Position numbers and translations under genes: made by a program
Notes under the pieces: model-generated
Database searches by the model: none
Told to the model about the DNA's origin: nothing
The model's input: the letters and a program-made list of their open reading frames with translations, nothing else
Shown: positions 38,349 to 51,871 of the stretch, piece by piece
Layout of the letters: each line of letters starts with the position of its first letter
Numbering within the stretch: position 1 is the stretch's first letter
Assembly (NCBI GenBank): GCA_002269645.1
Contig: NIVC01002404.1
Location: forward strand, 62,001 to 126,000
Source: Macrostomum lignano
Lineage: Eukaryota
DNA length: 64,000 bases
Reading direction: 5' to 3'

Positions 38349-39050
38349 GGCAAACTACACGGATCCTTCGCTTGTTGTCTAAGAAAACTAAATTTAACTA
38401 ACAATATCACTTTTTCGTTATAATTATTTATTTGCCACTGTTAGTCATTTTTGCGGATGTACGCTTGCGATCCCTAGTTGATAATTAGAGCTACGGAATA
38501 GTTGCTACCAGGGTTTAGTCAAAATTTAAGTCAGGATCTAGATAAATACCGACGAGCCATTTTTAGTATAGTGGATTTAAGTGACTAATATATTTAGTGT
38601 TAACATATGAATTTGTTGGACTGAAAACCTTTGTCAAGGCTGATCTTAACCACCATACGCTCATACATAACTGTTTTTGATCTAATACTCGTAGTTGCTT
38701 TATTTATGCTTCCAATTGCTGAGGACGCACTTTTTCGCAACTGATTTCTCATCTCTTTTTCTCCAACTAGGCTAGTTCTGGTTTTTTCCTTTATTTATTC
38801 TGAGACTTGGTTTTGCTACTTTTATAAAATCGTGTACTTCTAATTCATTTGTATGTAAACATGAATTCCCTTAGAAAGCATAAAGTACAAAATTAATAAA
38901 CCAAAAGACCACTGGAAGTTACCGTTGTATCAAAGGTAAAATGTAAACATGAGCACAAAGTATAAGCATGCATTATGTACGTTGTCAGTTTTAGCGTAAT
39001 TTATTCTCGCCATATAAGGATTCGAATTGGAACGCCAAAATAAACATGCT

Positions 39051-39100
39051 GAGTGCCAACGCGTTTCGACGCAAACTGCATGTCATCTTCAGTAAACGCT
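39051..39100 (-). ncRNA. Minimal type I hammerhead ribozyme (Penelope-type) with intact core and mutated stem I
   Basis: The minus strand reads GCGTTTA-CTGAAGA-T-GAC-atgcagtttgc-GTC-GAAAC-GC-GT-T-GGCAC, with a palindromic ACGCGT stem III. Confidence 0.75.
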
Positions 39101-39337
39101 ACAACAAAAAACCAAAACAACCATTTATTTATAATCAGGGAAAACTAATAAGCGACACCTGCATACAAGAGTAAGAGAATATGGGCTAAAAAGTTCTGCG
39201 ATTCAAGATCACTTGTTAGGTTGCACGGTGTGTTATCGAATGGACTGAAATGTTTAGTGTCTACTGTCTAACGTCTACTGTTTTGTGTCGTTATATGATT
39301 ATGTCAATATATGGTTGCTTTGGTTTTTATTGTTGCA

Positions 39338-39381
39338 GCGTTCCCTAAATATGACGGTTTGCGTCGAAACGCGTTGGGACT
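39338..39381 (+). ncRNA. Degenerate hammerhead ribozyme: inverted sister copy with mutated core and intact stem I
   Basis: GTTCC-CTAAATA-T-GAC-ggtttgc-GTC-GAAAC-GC-GT-T-GGGAC. GTTCC/GGGAC pair (one G.U); the core CTGAAGA has changed to CTAAATA. Confidence 0.65.
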
Positions 39382-39450
39382 AAGCTAGCATGTTTATTTT
39401 GGCTTGCAGTTCCTCCCAGCAGTCGTTGGCCGCCTTTGAGGTCTGCTGCG

Positions 39451-39903
39451 TCAGGCACAACTGGTGAGCACCCGGCACAAGAGCCTGGTGATGACGACCA
39501 CCACGACCAAGAGGCCGAAGCGTCCGTCGAGACCTCGTTGTCCGGGCTGTCGAGGGTAGCGAGGAGCAGCGCTCGCGGCGAACGTCCTGGGGACGTGGTA
39601 ACCGCAGAGTGCGGCGAAGTCCAACAGGAACGCCGCGTTCACAGTGATTTTCGCTGAGTCTGGGAGCGCTAGCGGGTGTCGTTCGCGGGTCAGGGCGTTG
39701 AGGTTGGCCTTGAAGGTCAAGTTGACAGCCCAGCGTCTGCAGTCTGGAAGAAGGTCGGGTTCAGTAATTGGAACTCCAGGCCAGAGTAAGGTGGATGCGG
39801 ATCCTACTCGATCCTCAGGGTGACAAGCCGGTAAAAATTCTGGCTCGGTTTTGTACAAATAATAAACAAGAGCTAACTTGTTCACCCTCATAGGTAAAGC
39901 CAA
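39451..39903 (-). pseudogene. Inverted paralog of the 36.5-kb ORF fragment, probably retroelement-derived
   Basis: RRWAVNLTFKANLNALTRERHPLALPDSAKITVNAAFLLDFAALCGYHVPRTFAASA matches the 36.5-kb copy; it lies next to the hammerhead repeat. Confidence 0.5.
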
Positions 39904-42125
39904 GGAAAACTTAAGTAGAAGGATGCAACGCTCGAAATCTATGGTAAATGTTTTGAATGCAGCTTTTCGCCGAAAAATACGCTACAGAGATAGGAGGTTT
40001 TAATTTTTTCAGCACAAAATTGTTATTGCTTTTGATAGGAGGCGAATCCAGTGATATGTTGTGCCTTTCTTATTGCTCCATAGATATTCATAAAGCTTTT
40101 CGTTCAGAAATAGTTTTAAAGGCATGCAGGTTTCACCGGAAAAATACACTACGGAGATAGGAAATTTCAAGATTTTCAACACTAAAACAGTGATTGGGTA
40201 TCTTAACAGTGTCAGAGAAAGTTCTAATCACACTATTTTGTGCCTCAAATGCTGCTCTAACGACTCATTAATCGATCTTTCATGTTAAATTGGTCTTGTC
40301 ATTCCCACCCGTTCCTTGGCACTTTTCAACGAGCTAGCGCTTTCTCGGCACCATCGGCCACCACTGATTTTGACTCCCTCCGCCACTGCTGATAGCACTT
40401 TTGACATCGCCAATTTATAGGAGAATTTCGTTTTGAATAGGAGCTGGTTAGGAGCCCATTTGTGTAGCCGGTAACCATTGTCCTACAGGATCCTTTTAAT
40501 GCAGCATTCATTTGTTATTTTGGAAATGTATTGAACTCGTAATAATTTATGGCTTTTTGATTTTAAGCTTCAAATCTTTGGTTTTATGACTGATTTATGA
40601 CGGTATCCAAATTAAATTGGCGCGTCTGCAATGACTATATGGACTCTTCAATGGATTCTTGTTTTGGACTCGTAGACTTCGTAATATGATCTGAACTGAA
40701 AATGTTTCCTAGAAAGCTAACCTATTTTTCTTAGAAAAAGTCAGTTTTGTTCCAGTACGTGGTTTTTGTCTTCAATCGTCATAAATGCGAATGCGATTTG
40801 ATATCTACGTTCATCCATATACGAGAAAGACTTATACTAAAACTTTTTTTCTAAAAATTCGATGTTATTTACTATCTAGGTAGGCGCTTTTTATTGGTTT
40901 AGAGAAATATCTGATAATGCATGATCTGACTGAGTCGAAGTCAGAATTTATTGATTTTTCATAGGCAAAACTTTGTCATGTGTTAAACTCGTCTTTTTGT
41001 AGACCTAGTCATTTAGACCCTAATGCTAGAAATTGTCAATTGAATATGCCTATTGGAGTCACATGGATAAATTTGATTTTTATATCAGGCCTAACTTTTA
41101 TTCTATTTCATTTGCTAAATTTTGTAACATAATTTTTTTATTAATTTTACAGCCTTATGTAGACCAGTGCTAGGCCTGGGGTAGAATTCATGTATTTGGA
41201 ATGTCCAATAAAATTATTTGATTTTTTTATCATACACCATATTGCAAAAGGTTTTCTATGTCCACAGGACACATTTTCATTGAATTTTCAATTGTACGCC
41301 AACAAATTTTAAATGTACGCCAACTTTCTTAATGTGTGCCAACAAAAACTATGTGCTACTGGCTACTGTGCTATTGCCTATTGGTTTATATAATTATAAA
41401 TGTGTTGTGCAATCATGCCCTTTCTCGCCTTCCTGCCTCGCCCAACCCTCCAGTCTGCCCCACCCCTCCAATCAATAATCAATGTGTACACCAATCACAC
41501 CATCCCACCCACCTCCCCTGCTGTACCATACATTTGTTCTTAAGATATATTCATGTATGTGTAAGACCAATGAAAAATATATAGTTACTGTCTAGAGGGC
41601 AGACTCCTCCCTTGCACACGTTGGTCTGCCTCTGTTGGCTATTGAATAAAATGACTCGTTGATCTACCATAAAAAGTGCACGGCGAATTGCATTGGCTAC
41701 AGTGTGTAAGTTCGTATTTGCAAGTTATTGTCCTTTTTCTGCTTCTCCCTAGGGCGTGGGATAGGAGCTCTGACTGGGGACCTAGGGGTCGCAGCTTCAT
41801 AACAGGTTAAAGCTGTAGGCGTTGCTCCAGAGGACAGGGCTCACAACAAATGGTTTAATGATAAAAAAATTGAGGAATATTTGAATTTAAATTTAAATTA
41901 CAAAAAATTGATAATGACATAATGATTGTCATGACGATTCCAGTAATTAAAATGATTAGTAAATGAGAAAATAGTAGCAGAAAAAAAGGTTTTTGAAATA
42001 ACTTACAGCTCGTATCACAGAAAAATGCATGAAAAAATTCTTTATATTAATTTGTATGCCAGTCATGTACGCCACACTGTACACAGCCAAGAAATGTATG
42101 CCAGTGTATGCCACAGAACTCAAGT

Positions 42126-42902
42126 GGCTCATTCCATATAAGCATGGTCATAACATGACAGGCTTTTTTACTTATAAAATGAAATCTAATAATAGAAAAT
42201 ACTAAACCAATATTTTAAATGAAAGATTATTTTGTCTAGAATATATTTATAGAGTTTCATATAGATATCATCATTAGTATAGATGCTATTAAACCTTAAA
42301 TGACACTTATGGTCGTAACAACAGGATTTTTGACATATAGAAACTAAAAGGTAAAAGTCGTATAACATTTTTCATTTTTGATATTTTGCAATACATTTTT
42401 AAAATTTGACTAAGAACATCTTTAGAAATCATACTCTTTTATTAGAATATATTAACTCAAAAGGCAACAAAGATACAAAAGAAAAGGCAGCCTTATGGTT
42501 GTAACATTATGGTCATAACATATTTTTTTCTGTCAATTTAGTAACTTTGAGGTACTAATACATTAAAAATATAATAGATTATTTGGTCACCAATGCTTTT
42601 ATCTGATGATGCAAGTACTATACTTTTATCTTTAGTTTGTTTCAACCTTCAAAAGCTTTCTATCTGTTTTTAAAAGGTACAAAATCTTAATGATGTCTTT
42701 CGCTTCAAAAAATGTTCAAATTTTTACAAAAATGACTTTTTGCCAATTGATAACATACTAATCCAATATTTTACCATTCATTTATTCTTAGATTGTATAT
42801 ATTGCACATGAAAAAACATTTGGTAAAAAAATAGGCAATGGCAAGCAAAAATATTGACTTTTTTCTATTTTCCAAATATGTCTATCTTATATGGAATGAG
42901 CC
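42126..42902. mobile_element. 777-bp non-autonomous TIR element with a 4-bp TSD (possibly Sola-like)
   Basis: Perfect 17-bp TIRs GGCTCATTCCATATAAG (42126-42142; inverse 42886-42902), with AAGT on both sides (42122-42125 and 42903-42906). Confidence 0.88.
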
Positions 42903-43461
42903 AAGTGTATGCTGGAAAATTCTAGTGTATACCCCTCCTTCTGCAATATGGATCATACACAAAGTAATTTTTCATGTTATTGTTGCACTTTACTTAAAAT
43001 TATAATTTTGGAGCTCAATAAATTACAAATTACAAGGTAGTAAAAATGTTTAATATATTTAACTATTAAGAATACTTTCATGGTTTTTAGAACCTTCCTT
43101 TGAACCCATTTTTTTAAATATAGAAAGACTAATATACAAAGTAATTGCTATCTGAATCAATCCTTTTTTGCCATTTTTAGGCAGAAGTTTAAAAAACTAT
43201 CTATGTATAATTTCTCAAGTTTTGAGGCAAAAAAACATTGAGCCAGTTATCTAAAGCCTCTTTATTAGCAAAAGTTTTGCTTGTCAAGGTATTGGTCATT
43301 GCCAAAAATAGATAATAGTTGCTAAGTATCAAGTTGGAAAAATATAGAAGATAAGGCACTAGTTCTTAGCCAAGGTCCTATAATTTTTGCAAGTCACCTT
43401 GTCAATATATAGTCATTATTATGCAAGAATTGGACTAGGCCATGATTTAGCTGCTTTTGTA

Positions 43462-44349
43462 CTTTGGGTGTGTCATAAGTAATGTCACTGATGTGAAAAC
43501 AGACGAACTTGCAATCACAGATGAAGAAAACTGTACCACTCAACAACATAGAGTCCCCCAATATCAATCACCATCTGGCAATGCTCATACAGCTTGTCCA
43601 CCTCAGCCTACAGGTGTTTTTCCTCCAACTGCCAAAACCAATGCAACGCAGCCTGTTTGACCTCTTCATGGTTTGCGAAACTCTTCTTGAAAAAGTCAGC
43701 CTTCAGCCATTTGAACAGAAGTCTCTTGCCAGAAGGCCATGTGGTGTCCATCTGCCACAGAACCTCGTCCAGGTGATATGGATTTGACCAGAGAGTGCGC
43801 CAGAGGTCCCCAGTATGCCGGACAAAGTCAATAAAATACTGGCCATCGACCTTGGTGTTCGCTGGAGTTGTGCAGATGGAGACTCATTCGTTTGGCGTGA
43901 AGGCTACCAGCAGCATGGTCTTCTTGTCCAAGATGGACTTCCTGGTCACAGTCGCCCTGGAGTCCCCAGCTCCCAGCCAGCAGCGATTGCCTGCCTTGCT
44001 ACCCTTGCCATCCAGGTGGAACCAGCTTTCATCCTCAGCAACCAGGCAGTTTAGGACGTCATTCAAGCTCCGCCTGCTGATTACCTTGCAGATCTGCTTG
44101 GTGCAGGCATCTTGTCAAGATTCATGATGATTTTTGTTCACTGCATAGACGATTTTTCATCGCATTGCACTTGCTAAATCTGCTTGGCGTATTCTTGCGA
44201 TAGCTTGGGCCATAAACAACCTATGCACGTCTCAAATGCACTGCTATTGCTTCACTAAGTATACTTTGCAGCTATACTACCCACAAGTTCATGTGCCTAC
44301 ATATTTTAGACAGAAGCCTGCAGTGACATTACTTATGACACACCCGAAG
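43462..44349 (-). mobile_element. Internally deleted mariner element, 888 bp
   Basis: 29-bp TIRs CTT(T/C)GGGTGTGTCATAAGTAATGTCACTG with 1 mismatch, TA on both sides. Transposase remnants: VAEDESWFH, KKTMLLVAF, KVDGQYF, LWQMD, LFKWLK..FANHEEVKQAALHWF; stops and deletions are present. Confidence 0.92.
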
Positions 44350-44428
44350 TACAATGATAATAGCTAATCTATCTGGCTGTTAGCAGTATAGATTGGCTAT
44401 AATTGATGTGTTAGGTGATAGTAGCTTG

Positions 44429-45026
44429 TAGTGTTCCGCTGTAAGGAGGGTCTATGTACTGTAGCCGTAGCCATAAGCAAAACTATGGCTTATTCCAATT
44501 CTCCATATTCCGTAGCCATAGGGATCCCAATATTACCATATTCCCATAGTTCCCATAGCCGTAGCCATAGTTTTAACAAAAAATCTAGAAAACAAAATAT
44601 TTTGAATCAAAAAGATAACCTAGTGCTTAAACAACTGCAAATTAAGTTAAAAAATAAAAGAAACACTCAATTGCCTTTTCAAGATTATATTTTGTCTTTT
44701 TTTCAGAGCTCAATACTTAATCGTTACTGAAAGTACTAATGCTGAACTTTTTCACATTAATAAAAATTAGAGTTTGCTAGTGTTTTATTGTACTTTTTTA
44801 GGTATATTTTAAAAGTTTCTAAGTTGATAATACAGTTTACTAAAAGCATCTTTTTAAAAACATTAATAACTACAGCTATGGGAATCTACAGAATGTGACA
44901 ACAACTACCATATTTCAATAGTCGTTGCTATAAGAGCAGCTAGCTACTGTAGCTGCCGTATGCACCTATTTTACCATAATTGCCATAGGATCCCGTAGCC
45001 ATAGCTACGGCTATGGCGGAACACTA
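44429..45026. mobile_element. 598-bp non-autonomous hAT-type element
   Basis: 11-bp TIR TAGTGTTCCGC / GCGGAACACTA; 8-bp TSD GTAGCTTG (44421-44428 and 45027-45034); subterminal GTAGCCATA repeats. Confidence 0.9.
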
Positions 45027-45146
45027 GTAGCTTGTAAAGGATCACACCTTTATAGTCCCACCAAATGCATAGCATGACCTTGTGGGGATGGAGTCCAGCA
45101 TTAGGCTATGGCTCAGGGGTTGCACCAGTATCCACCCATGACTGGC

Positions 45147-45296
45147 AATGGATAAATAATCAATGGTCCAAATGTGTGACAACAATTGTTTGGCAAGCAC
45201 TAGTAGGCGCAAGCCATAGACAAATCATTGTCATGTGCTGCGACCACTGATTCTTTGCATTATTTGACAATCCTAAAAATAATGCATTGCCCGAAA
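45147..45296 (+). repeat. ~150-bp direct repeat, left of the Crypton ORF
   Basis: CAATGGATAAATAATC..GGCAAGC..TAGGCGC.AGCCATAGACAAATC.TTGTCA.GTGCTGCGACC.CTGATTCTTTGCATT..AATGCATTG also occurs at ~47617-47767. Confidence 0.85.
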
Positions 45297-45543
45297 TATT
45301 TGTTCATGGCAATGACCTCCGGACAATGACCGGCCATTTTCTGGAGGTAAAAAAACAAGACTGGACAACAATACCATAGGCGAAAAAAGTAACACGAAGC
45401 GTGAAATTCTTATATTTATTGAATTCCAACAAAAAATGTTCCAACAATAACACTGCTTAGTCAATTGAGTGCAAGTCTAACCTATGGTCATGTTCTCATC
45501 ACGACAGCAGGAGAAAGTCCAGAAAATACGACGGTTGAGTCCA

Positions 45544-47305
45544 TTACTCAAATTTGCAACCATTGAATGAACAGTTGTGGAAACTGTACCTGACCGACGG
45601 ATTGTCATGACTGATGCCGGTGATCTGCACGGAAGACGACACAGGTACTGGCACCGGTGAACTCTCACGCAATGGAGTCGCAACAGCTTGTGAAGAACCA
45701 TTCAAATCAAGTGCCATAGAAACAGCCTCACTGGTAGACTGCAGCGAGCGATCACGGCGCTTGGACAGGTAACGGCGAGTTGTCCTCTCAGAAACCTGAC
45801 CGGTTATCGACATGATGTCAGCCAGGTTGTACCCAGCAGCCTCTAGATCAGCAATCCTGCTCACTCTACAACAGAAATAAAGTATTGCATAGAAAATATG
45901 CAACTGGTTTAAAGCAATATGAAGAAAAAGGCTTACCGAATGCAATGATTCGTGTACATCTTGGAAAAACCGGCCTTCTCGCTCAAGTTTCGCATGAAAC
46001 GCAGGAAGTAGTTCTCCCGCGATTCTGCTTTGTTGAGAACATAGGCTGTCCATTGGAATCCGTGTTGGATAGTGGACGCGGGAACAGATGGTTGTCCTTG
46101 GTTGTTGGAGGTAGCAGTTGTAGATATCTCCTCACTTTGGCCGTGTCGTAGATCCGAGCTTGTTTGTTGTCCGGCCTGGCCTTCGCCTTCACAGGATCGG
46201 CTGACTTATTCTTCGTTGGCAGAGCAGTAAGACAGTAGTACTCCTTGCCGTCAGAATCCGTGTGCAATCATACATGCGCAACAGTCGGCCGAGTCGGCCG
46301 ATCCGGCCGACCAATTTGGCAGCCAACCAAGGAAGTCGCAAAAATGCCACCCAAGAAAAACGCCAAGTAGTAGTACTAAGTAGCTGACGAGGCATTTTTG
46401 GTTAATAAGACAGTCATAGTTACTCCTGCCGTTTACCCAAAGTTGCGTTAATTTTTAATTTTAAGGTTTTTTTACATGGAAGTCGCATTTTTGGCCAAAA
46501 ACTACGTCGCATTTTTGTTAAAACTAAGTCGCACGGCTGACCGAATTTTGGAAGTTGCGCATGTATGTGTGCAATTCAAGCGAGTCCCTTTGTCTCAGGA
46601 ACTTCAGATGCTCCTGGCCACGCTCTCCAAAGGAGTAAAGAACATAGAACAGAAATTTAGCCTGCTCGATTTCAGCCGTAGTCCCTTCAAAGTAGCACCG
46701 CAACTTCTGCATGTCGCCTTCTTCAGTTGGTTCATACTGCCTGGTGCAGCCACCATCTCGATGGAAATCACGAACCTTGACACGCAGCATCTCGTTGCAG
46801 GAATTGAATTCCTCACCACCGATTATATCGACAGGCAGCTTCAGAACCATGCGTAGGAAACGCTGAATTCCAGCCCGGATACAGATGAGAGAGGCCGGCG
46901 AGTAGAACGAGCCATCCTGTTTCTTCAGCTTGAAGTAGAAGTACCGAAGATATTGGTTCAATGTAGGATTGTTGACATGCTGAATGTTGCGCAGATTCCC
47001 CCTTCCAGGAAGTCTCGAAAACGTTGGCCATGCTGGTACATCTGCTTCCGAGTATCCTCAGGCAGACTCTCGATCTCGATTCTGTCCATCTCGGAAACGT
47101 CTATCTTTTCATCTCCATCGATCATTGGCAGCCCAGTATCAGCTGGACCATTTTGGACATACTTCAGGAACGCATCGAAATCTTCGTCGTGCCGATCAAC
47201 GGCAGAGGATTCCGAGAGGAAGTTCAGTTCATCCTGCGTGATGTTGCCGAGGTCCTCACACGGGAGGTTACCCCAATTAATATAATGTATTATCGGGTCG
47301 CTCAT
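45544..47305 (-). mobile_element. Crypton-type tyrosine recombinase (DUF3504-like) with one intron, two -1 frameshifts and a MITE insertion
   Basis: KKQDGSFYSPASLICIRAGIQRFL, FGERGQE, DSDGKEYY, LFPRP, KAGFSKMYTNHCI-R (the R codon is split by the GT-AG intron 45936-45866), IMSITGQVSERTTRRY, C-terminal FHNCSFNGCKFE. Confidence 0.88.
46269..46567. mobile_element. 299-bp hAT-type MITE inserted in the Crypton ORF
   Basis: Perfect 14-bp TIR CATACATGCGCAAC / GTTGCGCATGTATG; 8-bp TSD TGTGCAAT (46261-46268 and 46568-46575). Removing it restores ELHTDSDGKEYY in frame. Confidence 0.95.
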
Positions 47306-47554
47306 GATGGACAGAAAACTCTTGAATCAACAGGTTTGGACAGACTACTTACTGCCTGGGAATCCCTCACACAAACCCCTTCACCCCCACTGAAAGTTTT
47401 GCCATAGACATTTTAACCCTCCATTCAATCAATAGGATTGTCATTGCCATGAACTCTCCACGCCTTTTGGCTTTCGTGCCATAGACGTTTGTGCCTCCTC
47501 CTTCTGGGCCACTTTGGCCGTTGCCTGGAGTTCTCTCTTCCAGTTAACCCCCCA

Positions 47555-47830
47555 TTGTTTGTAGTAATGTATTGTTCTGCATAAAAAATGCAAATAATGA
47601 TCATCAAATTGCTAGACAATGGATAAATAATCAGCGGTCCCAGTGCGGGACAACGATTGTCTGGCAAGCGCCGGTAGGCGCGAGCCATAGACAAATCGTT
47701 GTCACGTGCTGCGACCGCTGATTCTTTGCATTGTTTTTCTGTTTGACGATCCTACATACAATGCATTGTTTGTAGTAATGGATTGTTCTGCATTAAAAAT
47801 GTGAATAAATGATTGTCAATTTGCTAAACA
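47555..47830 (+). repeat. Direct repeat right of the Crypton ORF (~210-bp unit, ~1.3 tandem copies)
   Basis: Contains the 45147-45296 repeat; TTGTTTGTAGTAATG.ATTGTTCTGCAT is repeated at ~47556 and ~47766. Confidence 0.8.
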
Positions 47831-48202
47831 ATGCTTGATGTTTATGTATAAGCACCATTTTTTATTGCCAGTAAAAATTGTAAAAACATAATATTTTTCA
47901 CCTACATACTGTTTTTATTATCTCTATGGTATTTATAAAAAGCTTGCAATAAGCTAAAGGTTTGTTTAAGTTGGTTTTCAGTTTAGTTGGCTAAAAATAG
48001 TCAAAGCAAAGATGCCAATAACCCTTTAGCAGGAATTTTTTGCATTCACCAAAATCACCACAGACATTTAAATTATATTTGCTTATTATTTATTAACTGT
48101 CGTTTGCCATTTAATTTATTTAAAATTGAATTAGTTTTATTTTAGCTATCGTCTTATCAAACTCACAATGCTGAAACGCATCCCACAGCAGCGCTGCTAC
48201 AA

Positions 48203-50169
<1,967 letters not shown>

Positions 50170-50339
50170 TATAACTGAAAAATTAATTCGTTTGCGCTGG
50201 CTTCTGATATGTCAAGCATTGAATATTAATATAAAATTGGCTGTATTGCTGAAAAGGGATTTTCTGTCTATGCAATTTTCTGTTTTTTGTATTGCTGGCT
50301 TTGATGTCTTGCGTGCCCAAGGTTGTGCTTTTTTAAATC

Positions 50340-51100
50340 TGACATCCACAAGAGCTGGTAGATTCAAAATCTCACCCACAAGAGTTAGTCGTTTCAAAAT
50401 CTCACCCACAAGAGTTAGTCGTTTCAAAATCTCACCCACAAGAGTTGGTCGTTTCAAAATCTCACCCACAAGAGTTAGTCGTTTCAAAATCTCACCCACA
50501 AGAGTTGGTCGTTTCAAAATCTCACCCACAAGAGTTAGTCGTTTCAAAATCTCACACACAAGAGTTGGTCGTTTCAAAATCTCACACAAGAGCTGGTGGA
50601 TTCAAAATCTCACACACAAGAGCTGGTGGATTCAAAATCTCACCCACAAGAGCTGGTAGATTCAAAATCTCACCCACAAGAGTTAGTCGTTTCAAAATCA
50701 CACCCACAAGAGTTAGTCGTTTCAAAATCTCACCCACAAGAGTTGGTCGTTTCAAAATCTCACCCACAAGAGTTAGTCGTTTCAAAATCTCACACACAAG
50801 AGTTGGTCGTTTCAAAATCTCACACAAGAGCTGGTGGATTCAAAATCTCACACACAAGAGCTGGTGGATTCAAAATCTCACCCACAAAAGCTGGTGGATT
50901 CAAAATCTCACCCACAAAAGCTGGTGGATTCAAAATCTCACACACAAGAGTTGGTGGATTCAAAATCTCACACACAAGAGTTGGTGGGTTCAAAATCTCA
51001 ACACACAAGAGCTGGTGGATTCAAAATCTCACCCACAAAAGCTGGTGGATTCAAAATCTCACACAAGAGCTGGTGGATTCAAAATCTCACCCACAAGAGT
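50340..51100. repeat. ~28-30-bp minisatellite (TTCAAAATCTCACCCACAAGAGTTAGTCGT / ..GCTGGTGGA) downstream of LRRC57
   Basis: About 25 units of two subtypes; a block of variants is duplicated. Confidence 0.95.
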
Positions 51101-51871
51101 CTTATCTACCTGACTTGTGAATCGCAATGGCGCCTCAAAAAGCATGACTCTGTATTCGAAAGAAAACTGGCAGAACTACAGATACAGTGAAAAATAAACA
51201 GTGCACCATGTAAAAGCAATCGGTTTATTAAATGGAACTTTTAAGAACCGAATTTTGTTTAAATAAAACACTGAGTCTGCATGTATGTACAATAAGTATT
51301 GCTTGCCTCCTACTTATTAGTAGCATAACTACTGTGCTAACAAAACTAAATTACGATGCTTAAATCCCGCGCATTAACGTATTTTCCGAGCTAATTTTTT
51401 GTGCTTGTGCTTATATAACTATTACTGATGTTATTGGTCTTGTCAGATTTTAACTTTAAGACAGTATTTATTTACTCAAGAGTGACATAATATGTTAATT
51501 CCTATGTTACCTGTTTCTGCTCTATGCTAAAATTCTTGTATATGTAAGCTTGTTTTCAAGGATAATTTTTAGAATCTGCTTAAAAATTCGCGTTTTATGC
51601 TACTCGCGGCCCATCTGGACAGTAGTGCACTTGACTTGTTGTGATCATTTCATAGTGTCCCCCTTTTTTTAAAGCAAACGTATATTTAATGAATTGGTGT
51701 ACAGTTACTATATTAGTATGAATGTACGTTCAATATACCGATGCAAAATAATACTTTGCTATCAGATATATTCGAGTGTATTGCAATCTTTTGACCAACT
51801 ATTATTTAATTCGAAATCTGTGTTAGTTGCAAAATTCATTAAAAAATAGTTAAGAATCTGCGCCCACAAAT

